A stretch of DNA of 64,000 nucleotides, taken from the NCBI GenBank assembly GCA_038203955.1, contig JBBRDK010000005.1, forward strand, positions 6,401-70,400, in the 5' to 3' direction. This document shows positions 38,733 to 46,765 of the stretch, piece after piece (position 1 is the stretch's first letter; each line of letters opens with the position of its first letter). Made by a program: the position numbers and the translations under genes. The DNA comes from Thermoanaerobaculia bacterium (GTDB lineage Bacteria > Acidobacteriota > Thermoanaerobaculia > UBA5066 > Gp7-AA6). The notes under the pieces are model-generated. The model did no database searches and had not been told where the DNA came from. It was given only the letters and a program-made list of their open reading frames with translations.

Positions 38733-39074
38733 TCAGGCTCGAGGAGGAGGGGTGGCGGGAGCGAGCTTAAACGAGCGCGGCGCGGCGGAGACGGGGAATG
38801 AAATCTCCGCGGATCTCTCGAGGGTCAGAAACGGCGAGACCGGAGCGAGAATCGCGGGAAGCGCTCCGCCGAGAGTCACGACTTTCGAATCGGGCATGCA
38901 TCCCCGCAACTGGCACTCTCCTGGGGAGGAGCTCTGCGCCGCCGCGCAGGACGGCATCGAACCGTCTTCGGACGCGGCGCAGCAATCGGGAACGCACTCG
39001 ACCCAATTCGCCAGCGGTCCGCACGAGACGAGCAGAAGGAGAACGACCGCCGCGGAGCGCATCGCGCGGAGCAT
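38733..39074 (-). CDS. Small secreted Cys-rich protein (113 aa)
   Basis: Signal peptide MLRAMRSAAVVLLLLVSC, then 7 Cys within about 45 residues (ECVPDCCAAS...SCAAA...ECQLRGC). It is the first gene of the receptor operon. Confidence 0.5.
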   Translation of the reverse strand: MLRAMRSAAVVLLLLVSCGPLANWVECVPDCCAASEDGSMPSCAAAQSSSPGECQLRGCMPDSKVVTLGGALPAILAPVSPFLTLERSAEISFPVSAAPRSFKLAPATPPPRA

Positions 39075-39429
39075 ATCGCGGGACTCTGACCCTTTCCCGG
39101 GAGCCCGCTCCGAAAAGCGGCTACGGCGTCCGTGCGTCGCCTCGACTCCTGCAGGAGCCTCCCGAGTGGGATCCTGAGCACTCTTCCAGTCACTCGAATC
39201 CGGCATCGCGTGGTTCCGGGGGGTTTCCCCTCCGCGGCGAAAAGGACGCTCTGCTGCTCGAGACCAAGGGCCACATGGTGGACACACGGGCATGAAACTT
39301 TGAGAGTCGGCGGCGCGTCGATCGACTCGCCGCTGCGGGGCCGCCGGCGGCCCCGACGGCGATGCTAGACTGCCGGGGTTGCTCGCCTCCCGACCCGGCC
39401 AGACGGATGTCGAGAAAGTGGAGGTCCGA

Positions 39430-39921
39430 ATGCGGGTGAGAACCGTCGTTCTCGGGGTCGTCCTCCTCGGAGGGGTTTTTCCCGGCTCGTTGCGCGCCGT
39501 CAGCCGGATCGCCTCAGTCGCGGTGACCGGATCGCCGACGCCAGCCGCGACGGCGGTCCCCTTGAATCTATTCGACAATACGATTGCGGAATTTCTGACC
39601 GTCGTCCCTGTCGTGGACAGCGTCACCGGAGCCGTCTCGTCGATGGCCGCGTCGGTCAGCGTCTCCCCCGCGAGCCTCTTCAGCCTCTGCGGCGTCTCCC
39701 TTCCCGGTTGCGCGAGCGACTTCTATCTCGCGCAGTGGACGATCAGCTCGGACGCCTCCGGCATCCGGGCTCTGACTGCGTTCCAGGGAAGCGGCCCGCT
39801 GCGGCTGCTCAACAACACCGGCGCGCCCCAGCAGTACACCCTGCGATGCCAGACGGCACAGGTGACGGGCTCCTGCATTTTCTCGTTTCGCTATGTCCCC
39901 GTTGCCGATCCGTTGTTCTAG
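39430..39921 (+). CDS. Secreted protein of unknown function
   Basis: MRVRTVVLGVVLLGGVFPGSLRA signal peptide; GTGGAGG SD upstream of the ATG at 39430. Confidence 0.5.
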   Translation: MRVRTVVLGVVLLGGVFPGSLRAVSRIASVAVTGSPTPAATAVPLNLFDNTIAEFLTVVPVVDSVTGAVSSMAASVSVSPASLFSLCGVSLPGCASDFYLAQWTISSDASGIRALTAFQGSGPLRLLNNTGAPQQYTLRCQTAQVTGSCIFSFRYVPVADPLF

Positions 39922-40054
39922 CGGCGAGATGGCCCGGCCGACCCGGGTGATTTTTTTGCGAACGAGTCGAGGAGGCCGGCGCCTAATTGTCTGAATGGCC
40001 TGGTTTTCTGAACGGAATGTGGAACGGACGGGTAGTCGGACCGCCGGCAGGACC

Positions 40055-40672
40055 ATGAGGGTCGAGGCGCTCGCGGGGCGGCCGCTCGTCGTTCTGGTCT
40101 TCGGCGCGCTGCTCCTGGGCACCGGCTGCTTCAAAGATCCCCCGACGGCGCCGGCCAGCATCCCGAGCCCCGCGGCGTCGATCACGCCCGAGGCGTCCGC
40201 CACGCCGACGCCCGTTCCTCCGGCGACGCCCGTCGTGTCGGCCTCCCCGACGCCTCCGGCCCCGACGGCGACCGCGATCGCCCCGACCGGCACGCCAACC
40301 GCGGGTGCGACCAGCACGGCCACTCCGTCGCCGACCCCGACCCCGACCTCGACCTCTTCCAGCACTCCGAACCCCGGGGTCTCTCCGACTCCGGTTCCGA
40401 GCGCGACCGCGACTCGTCTGCCGACCTCGAGCCCGACACGCACGGCAACCTCGACCGCGACTCCGAGCCGGACGCCCACGGCCACCGCGACGAACACGCC
40501 TCTTCCCCCGACCGAAACCGCGACTCCGACGCGGCCGGCGCCGCCCACCGCGACGAACACGCCGCTGCCGCCGACCCCGACCCCGACGGCTACGGCGACG
40601 GCCACGTCTCTGTTTCCGTTCACACCGACGAGGACCGCGACCCGCACGCCGACGAGAACGCCCGGCCTCTAG
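40055..40672 (+). CDS. Lipoprotein with a long Pro/Thr-rich low-complexity region
   Basis: MRVEALAGRPLVVLVFGALLLGTGC lipobox, then about 170 aa of P/T/A/S repeats (TATNTPLPPT occurs twice). The opposite-strand GV-rich ORF is rejected. Confidence 0.55.
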   Translation: MRVEALAGRPLVVLVFGALLLGTGCFKDPPTAPASIPSPAASITPEASATPTPVPPATPVVSASPTPPAPTATAIAPTGTPTAGATSTATPSPTPTPTSTSSSTPNPGVSPTPVPSATATRLPTSSPTRTATSTATPSRTPTATATNTPLPPTETATPTRPAPPTATNTPLPPTPTPTATATATSLFPFTPTRTATRTPTRTPGL

Positions 40673-40759
40673 AGCGGATGCTGGGTGCGACGTGCGTGCG
40701 TGGCCGGGGTCACGGCGGCGGCTCTTTCTGATCCGGGATGCGAAGCGGCCCGCCCGACG

Positions 40760-42334
40760 TCAGTCTCCCGATTCGGTGGGCCGGGTCTGGACGGGCTTTC
40801 GGCGCGAAAGCCTCAACGCTCCGAGAGCCGTCTCCAGGTCCCTCGCCCGTTTCCGCTGCTGCTCCTCCTGCTCTGCCGCGGCCAGTCGGTGCATCAGCGA
40901 GCTCAAGCGTGCGTCGGGATGCTCGATGATCAAACGGAGGAGGACCTCGTAGTCCCGGACCATCGTCTCGATCGTGGCGTCTTCGAAGAGCTCCGTTTTG
41001 AATTCGAAGGCTCCACTCAACCCTTGCGGCGAAACGAGGAGACCGAGCCTCAGGTCGTGCCGCGTCGCCCCGGCCGGACCTCGATCGAGCTGCCCTCCGT
41101 CGTCGACGAGGGGCGTAACCGTCAGGCCGTGGAGCTCGAGGTCGGGATTGGGAACGTTCTGAAGCACGAACCAGACCTGAAACAAGGGCGAGTGGCTCAA
41201 GCGGCGCTCGGGCTGAAGAGCCTCGACCAGCTTCTCGAACGGCAGGTCCTGGTGCGCATAGGCGTCCAGGGCGACGCAACGGACACGCGAAAGAAACTCG
41301 CGAAACGGCGGATCTCCCGAGAGGTCCAGCCGGAGGACGAGGGGGTTGATGAAGAATCCGATGAGGACTTCCGTCTCGAGCTGGCTTCGACCCGCCGTCG
41401 GCGTCCCAATCACGATGTCTTTCTGGCCGGAATGACGAGAGAGCAGCACGGAGAAGGCGGCGAGCAGAGTCATGTAGAGAGTCGAGTCCTCTCGAAGGCT
41501 CAACTGCCGGAGACCCTCCGCGATCTCCGGCGGAAAAACGAAGGTCCGCCGCGCCCCGCGAAATCCCGCGACAGCCGGCCGCGCGCGATCCGTCGGGAGC
41601 TTCAGGACAGGGAGTGGCCCTCCAAGCTGACGCTTCCAGTAGGAGAGCATCTCGGCGAGGGCTTCTCCGCGGAGCCACTCCTTCTGCCAGGACGCAAAAT
41701 CGGCGTACTGGACCGGCAACTCGGGCAGCGAAGAAGGCCGACCTGCGGCGGCGGAGGCGTAGAGCGCCCCGAGCTCCTGGAAGAGCACGCCCGTCGACCA
41801 GCCGTCCGTGACGATGTGATGCATGGTGAGGATGAAGACGTGTTGCGTCGCGCTCCACCGAAGCAGGACCGCCCGAAACAGGCGATCCGACGTCAGGAAG
41901 AAGGGACGATCCTCTTCGTCCGTCGCCCGTGAACGCGAGACCTCTTCCCGCTCCGCCTCGGAAAGCCCCTCCATCGACACCGTTTCGAGCCGGACCGATC
42001 GCGGCGGATGAACCCTCTGACGGGCTTCTCCCCCCTCCATCTGGAAGGAGGTGCGCAGCATCTCGTGGCGGCGGACGATTTCCGTCAGCGCCGCCTCCAA
42101 CGCCGGCACGTCCAGTTCTCCGGTCAGACGCAGCGCGACCTGGACGTTGTAGGCCGGGTTGCCCGGTTCCAGCTGATCGAGGACCCAGAGTCGTTGCTGC
42201 GCAAACGAAGCCGGCAGGCTGACCGTCGATTCCGCGGGGCCTGCCGGGTCGAACGCGCTGTCGGCGCTCGGCAGTCCCCCGCCTGACGCCCCGGCGTCAG
42301 AGGGCGTCGGGGCGTCTTTTCCGGTCGGGCTCAT
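40760..42334 (-). CDS. Stand-alone NRPS condensation (C) domain protein
   Basis: LPASFAQQRLWVLDQLEPGNPAYNV (C1), MHHIVTDGWS (HHxxxDG, residues 171-180), IGFFINPLVLR. Confidence 0.85.
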   Translation of the reverse strand: MSPTGKDAPTPSDAGASGGGLPSADSAFDPAGPAESTVSLPASFAQQRLWVLDQLEPGNPAYNVQVALRLTGELDVPALEAALTEIVRRHEMLRTSFQMEGGEARQRVHPPRSVRLETVSMEGLSEAEREEVSRSRATDEEDRPFFLTSDRLFRAVLLRWSATQHVFILTMHHIVTDGWSTGVLFQELGALYASAAAGRPSSLPELPVQYADFASWQKEWLRGEALAEMLSYWKRQLGGPLPVLKLPTDRARPAVAGFRGARRTFVFPPEIAEGLRQLSLREDSTLYMTLLAAFSVLLSRHSGQKDIVIGTPTAGRSQLETEVLIGFFINPLVLRLDLSGDPPFREFLSRVRCVALDAYAHQDLPFEKLVEALQPERRLSHSPLFQVWFVLQNVPNPDLELHGLTVTPLVDDGGQLDRGPAGATRHDLRLGLLVSPQGLSGAFEFKTELFEDATIETMVRDYEVLLRLIIEHPDARLSSLMHRLAAAEQEEQQRKRARDLETALGALRLSRRKPVQTRPTESGD

Positions 42335-42350
42335 GAGTCGAGGCAGGCGC

Positions 42351-43637
42351 CTAGATGACCCCGCGCCGTCGCAGGTCCTTCAGTTCCGCCGCGGAAAGGC
42401 CCAACCATTCGCGATACACCTCGTCCGTATGGGCGCCGAGCTCGGGGGGGCCTCGCCGGACGCTGCCGGGAGTCTCCGACAGTTTCACGGGGATACCGAC
42501 CTGCCTCGTGGCGCCGAGGGTTGGATGCGGCGCCTCGACGACCATCCCGCGTTCCGACGCCTGCTCCGACCGGATCGCGTCCTCGACGGAATTGATCCCG
42601 CTGCACGGGATTCCCGCGCGTTTCAGGAGGGAGACCCAGTGCTCCGCGGACTTCGAATTAAAGACGGCTTCGAGGGCCGCGTGGAGCCGCTCCCGCTGCG
42701 ATACCCTGCCGGCGTTCGTCGCGAAGGAAGGGTCCGGCTCGAATCCGGAGGGCGCCAGAGCGTCGCACAGCCGCCGCCAGAGCGCGTCCGTTCCGACCCC
42801 CAGCGCAAACCGCGAGGCCGACGCCTCGAAGACCTCGTAAGGCGCCAGCGACGGATGCATGTTTCCGAGCCTCTTCGGGCTGCCGGTCCCGGCGAGGACG
42901 CTCGAAGCATGGAACGCCATGAGCGAGAGCGCGCTGTCGAGCAGAGCCACGTCCACGAGTTGCCCTTCACCCGACAGGTCGCGCGCCCGCAGGGCCGCCA
43001 GGGTCCCGTAGGCCCCATAGAGGCCGGCGGTCATGTCCGCCAGGGGAACTCCCGCTTTCGTGGGACCTCCTTCCGGATCGCCGGTGACGCTCATGATTCC
43101 GCTCTCCGCCTGGATCGTGAGATCGAATCCCGCCTCGCCCTTTCGAGGGCCAGTCTGCCCGTACCCGGAGATGGCGCAATAAATCAGGCGGCGATTCACC
43201 TCCCGAAGCGCCGCGAAATCCAGCCCGGAACGCGCGAGCGATCCTACCTTGAAGTTTTCAACGAAGACGTCCGCGCGCGCCACCAGGCGCTTCAAAAGCC
43301 GCTGTCCGTCGGGGTGGTGGATGTCGAGCGTCACACTGCGCTTGTTCCGGTTGACGCTCAGAAAATAGGTGCTGTGCCCATCCACGAAGGGTGGCCAGCC
43401 GCGGGCGGGATCTCCCTTCCCGGGCTGCTCGATCTTGACCACGGTCGCCCCCATGTCCCCCAGCAGCATCGTGCAGAACGGTCCCGCGAGCGTCCGCGAG
43501 ACGTCGAGGACCAGCGTCCCCGAAAGCGGTCCGAAGTCGCCCGCCGTGAGTCCTACCTCCGACGCGGTCGCCGGCTTCCTTTGCCGGGACCGGCCGACGG
43601 GCGTCAGGTCCCGACCCTCGCGGCGGCGGCTCGTCAC
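42351..43637 (-). CDS. Family III CoA-transferase (CaiB/BaiF/Frc family)
   Basis: GTLVLDVSRTLAGPFCTMLLGDMGATVVKIEQPGKGD and later family blocks. The GTG start at 43637 gives a ~35-aa N-terminal extension, so the start is uncertain. Confidence 0.85.
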   Translation of the reverse strand: MTSRRREGRDLTPVGRSRQRKPATASEVGLTAGDFGPLSGTLVLDVSRTLAGPFCTMLLGDMGATVVKIEQPGKGDPARGWPPFVDGHSTYFLSVNRNKRSVTLDIHHPDGQRLLKRLVARADVFVENFKVGSLARSGLDFAALREVNRRLIYCAISGYGQTGPRKGEAGFDLTIQAESGIMSVTGDPEGGPTKAGVPLADMTAGLYGAYGTLAALRARDLSGEGQLVDVALLDSALSLMAFHASSVLAGTGSPKRLGNMHPSLAPYEVFEASASRFALGVGTDALWRRLCDALAPSGFEPDPSFATNAGRVSQRERLHAALEAVFNSKSAEHWVSLLKRAGIPCSGINSVEDAIRSEQASERGMVVEAPHPTLGATRQVGIPVKLSETPGSVRRGPPELGAHTDEVYREWLGLSAAELKDLRRRGVI

Positions 43638-43653
43638 CGCGGCACGCAGGGAC

Positions 43654-46600
43654 TCATCTCGCGACCAGCGGCCCCGGCGCTGCCTCGCGAGCCGTGATGT
43701 CTTTCAACTTGTTCAACTGGTACAGGCTGCTCATGATCGACTCGAAGTCGAGACCGAAATCGATGAGGCAGGTGATCTCGTCGACGCCGATCGCGCTCAG
43801 GACGGCGACGCGCTCGCGACAGCTGGCGACGGTCCCGACCAGCCCCCGCTCGTCGAAGAGTCTCTCCGTGGCCTGCTTGGTCAGAAAGTCCCGGTCCTCT
43901 TCCGTGGGCGCGAAATCCTCACCCGACCCGCGGACCCGGTCGGCCTGAAGACCGAGGTTGACGAGAAGGTAGTCGAGGTACGCGCCTCCCACTTTTTCCC
44001 GCACCGTTTCCATATGCTCCGCGAGAAACGTGTGCAGACTGACGGTGACCTGCCCCGTCGCGGGATCGTGTCCCTGCCTGGCCCTCGCCTTCCTGTAGAT
44101 GGCGATCTTCGGCGCCAGCTCCGCGACCGACATCAGGAACATCGACGTGATGACGTTCGCGCCGATCTCGCCGGCCTTCTCGAACGTCGCGTCGGATTGA
44201 CACGAGAGCCAGATGGGAAGCGACCGCTGGACCGGCCGCGGGTAGGTCATCACCTCGATCGGGTTTCCTGCGCCGTTCGGGAGCGTCATGGGCCGGCCCG
44301 CCCACAGCTCACGGACGATCCCGATGCGCTCGAACATGACGTTCCGGCGATCCACGTAGGTCGAGGGAGACAGAGCGAAATCATTGACGTGCCAGCCTGA
44401 CGCGAAGGAGACCCCGACTCGTCCGCCGGAGAGGTTGTCGACGACCGACCACTCCTCGGCCACCCGAATCGGGTCCTGGAGCGGCAACACCACGCTCGCC
44501 GCGCGAATCTGGATCCGGCTCGTGACGGCGGCGATCGCCGCGCCGACGACGGCCGGGTTCGGGTAGAGGCCCCCGAAGGAGTGGAAGTGCCGCTCGGGCG
44601 TCCAGACTGCCGCGTATCCATGCTGGTCGGCGAACCGAGACGCCTCGAGCACCAGCCGGTACTTGTCCGGCGAGTCCGCGGATCCGTCGGCCGAAAAGAA
44701 GAACAGGCTGAACTGAAGCGGCGAATCGGAGCCCCGTGCCGCGGACGTTTTCGATGCCGCCGCGCGCGGCGGAGCCGCCGGCGCTGCGGGGCGGTCCACG
44801 CGGGGAGGCGGAGCTGGATTTTCCGGCGAGGCAGTCGGCTGAGACCGGCGCGCGATCGGCGCGCGGACCGGCGATTTCCCTCGGCCGCGTTCCACGGCCG
44901 CGCAGACCTCGGCAAACGTCGGCGTGTCGAAGAGCGCGCGCAGCGGAAGTTCCACGCGGAGGTCTTTCCGGACTCGAGCGACCAGGAGGGAGGCGCGGAT
45001 CGAATCGCCGCCCAGGCGAAAAAAATTTCCATCCGGATCCGCGCGATCGACTTTGAGAAGATCGCACCAGATCTTAGCCAGCGACTCCTCGACCGAGACC
45101 GTCTTCTCCGGCGACGGCTCATCCGCCGGGCCTGGAGCGCTGCCCGCGGGCGCGAGGCCGAGCGCCTGCGCGAGTCCGATGCGACGCAGCTTTCCCGTCG
45201 GCCCCTTGGGGATTTCTCCGAGGATGAGAATCTGACGCGGAACCTTGTACTCGGCGAGCCGCCTGGCCGCGAACTGACGAAGGTCGGCCTCCGACGCCGA
45301 GGCGCCCGGCCGCAGCACGACGGCCGCCGCGACGTCTTCGCCGAGGGTCGGGTGCGGCACCGCGAACGCAACCGCCTGCGCCACCGCGGGGTGTCCCATG
45401 AGGGCCTCATCCACCTCGAAGGGCGAGAGCTTTTCGCCGCCGCAGTTGATGATCTCCTTCAAGCGGCCGGTCAAGGAAAGGAACCCGTCCTCGGAAAGGA
45501 CTCCCTGGTCTCCGGTCCGGAACCATCCCCGCGAAAACGACGCCTCGTTGGCCGCGGGGTTGCGGTCATAGCCCTGCATGACGGGCGGGCCCTGGATCAC
45601 GATCTCCCCGGCCTCGCCCGCGGGAAGCTTCTCGCCCGACTCGTTCATGATCGCGACGGACGGCCCTGCCGGGACCCCGACCGAGCCGGCGCGGCGGCGG
45701 CCGGGCGGGAGGGGGTTCGACGTGATTTGAGTGCACTCGGTCATGCCATACGCCTCGATGACCGGACATTTAAACTCCTGCTCCAGTCCCGTCTTGACGG
45801 AGGGCGGGAGAAAAGCGGCGGACGACCGGATGAAACGCAGAGGGCGGTCCTGCAGCGCGACGCGGTTCGACCCGGCGTTCTCGAGGATCGCCTGGTGGAT
45901 CGTGGGAGCGGCCGTGTACCAGGTCGGCCGGAACGTCCTCACCCAGTCGAAGAACTCGGGGATCAGGAGGCCGGGCGTGCTGACGACCGATGCTCCGGCC
46001 ATCAGCGACGAGAGTGTCGCGATGATCAACCCGTGCGCGTGGAAGAGAGGCATCACGTTGATGCAGCGGTCTTCGGGACGGATTTCGAGAGCCACGGCGA
46101 TGTTGTGGGCCGAGGTGCAGAGCTCCCTTTGCGAGAGAAGAACCGCCTTCGGGCGCGAGGTCATGCCCGAGGTGTAGAGAACGAGGGCCGGGTCCTCGGG
46201 GCGCGCGGACACTCCGCCGCGCGCCTCGCCCTGCGCCGGACCGGAAAAGCGGAACCGCCCTGCCGGCGCACCGGGCTCGGGCGCGATCTCGAGGATGGGA
46301 ATGCCGCGGGAGAGCGCCGCCGCCCGGGCGGGAGAATCGACGCCCTCCGAAAGGATCAGCGCGCGGGCGCCGAGATCGTCGAGAAAGAAATCGAACTCCG
46401 GCTGCCGGTATGCCGGATTCAAGGGAGCGCAAATGGCGGCGACGGAGACGCCGAGGAACGCCGCCGCCATGTCCGGGCCGTTCGGCATCACGACGGCGAC
46501 GCGATCCGTCCGCCCGATCCCGGCCCCCTTCAACCGTCCGGCGATCGCGGCGACGGTGGCGGCGAGCTCTCCGTACGTCGCGGGCGGGCGTCCCGGGGCC

Positions 46601-46713
46601 GCCAGCGCGGTCGCTTCGGGGCGCGACGCAACCCGCCGCTCGAGCAGGTCCGTCAGGGTCAGAGCGGGCGGATCGTTCAGGGTGGTCGAGCGAGCGGGCG
46701 TCGAGTGTGTCAC
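43654..46713 (-). CDS. Tridomain NRPS-like enzyme: ANL adenylation domain, PCP, and luciferase-like monooxygenase domain
   Basis: A domain: LVLYTSGMTSRPKAV, YGMTEC, WFRTGDQG, GRLKEIINCGGEKLSPFEVD, PKGPTGKLRR. PCP: FFRLGGDSIRA (Ser571, codon 45003-45001). A Pro/Ala linker is followed by the LLM domain from LQFSLFFF (about residue 666) to the C-terminus. Confidence 0.88.
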   Translation of the reverse strand: MTHSTPARSTTLNDPPALTLTDLLERRVASRPEATALAAPGRPPATYGELAATVAAIAGRLKGAGIGRTDRVAVVMPNGPDMAAAFLGVSVAAICAPLNPAYRQPEFDFFLDDLGARALILSEGVDSPARAAALSRGIPILEIAPEPGAPAGRFRFSGPAQGEARGGVSARPEDPALVLYTSGMTSRPKAVLLSQRELCTSAHNIAVALEIRPEDRCINVMPLFHAHGLIIATLSSLMAGASVVSTPGLLIPEFFDWVRTFRPTWYTAAPTIHQAILENAGSNRVALQDRPLRFIRSSAAFLPPSVKTGLEQEFKCPVIEAYGMTECTQITSNPLPPGRRRAGSVGVPAGPSVAIMNESGEKLPAGEAGEIVIQGPPVMQGYDRNPAANEASFSRGWFRTGDQGVLSEDGFLSLTGRLKEIINCGGEKLSPFEVDEALMGHPAVAQAVAFAVPHPTLGEDVAAAVVLRPGASASEADLRQFAARRLAEYKVPRQILILGEIPKGPTGKLRRIGLAQALGLAPAGSAPGPADEPSPEKTVSVEESLAKIWCDLLKVDRADPDGNFFRLGGDSIRASLLVARVRKDLRVELPLRALFDTPTFAEVCAAVERGRGKSPVRAPIARRSQPTASPENPAPPPRVDRPAAPAAPPRAAASKTSAARGSDSPLQFSLFFFSADGSADSPDKYRLVLEASRFADQHGYAAVWTPERHFHSFGGLYPNPAVVGAAIAAVTSRIQIRAASVVLPLQDPIRVAEEWSVVDNLSGGRVGVSFASGWHVNDFALSPSTYVDRRNVMFERIGIVRELWAGRPMTLPNGAGNPIEVMTYPRPVQRSLPIWLSCQSDATFEKAGEIGANVITSMFLMSVAELAPKIAIYRKARARQGHDPATGQVTVSLHTFLAEHMETVREKVGGAYLDYLLVNLGLQADRVRGSGEDFAPTEEDRDFLTKQATERLFDERGLVGTVASCRERVAVLSAIGVDEITCLIDFGLDFESIMSSLYQLNKLKDITAREAAPGPLVAR

Positions 46714-46765
46714 TTCATCTTCCTCTCTGGAACCGCGAATGAGCCCGGCGGCTGGATCGCGCTCG

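Noticed and set aside
39075-39429. Possible cobalamin riboswitch upstream of the Cys-rich/BNR/TonB-receptor operon
   Set aside because: Only weak resemblance on the minus strand (GAGTGACTGG and CCCACTCGGGAGG against the B12-box GCCACTG context). I could not trace the conserved core helices. An Infernal scan would be needed to revive the idea.
39568-40647. 359-aa Gly/Val-rich minus-strand ORF
   Set aside because: It is the complement of the Pro/Thr-rich repeat. The plus-strand frame has a proper lipoprotein signal peptide and lipobox, and the minus-strand frame has no signal or motif.
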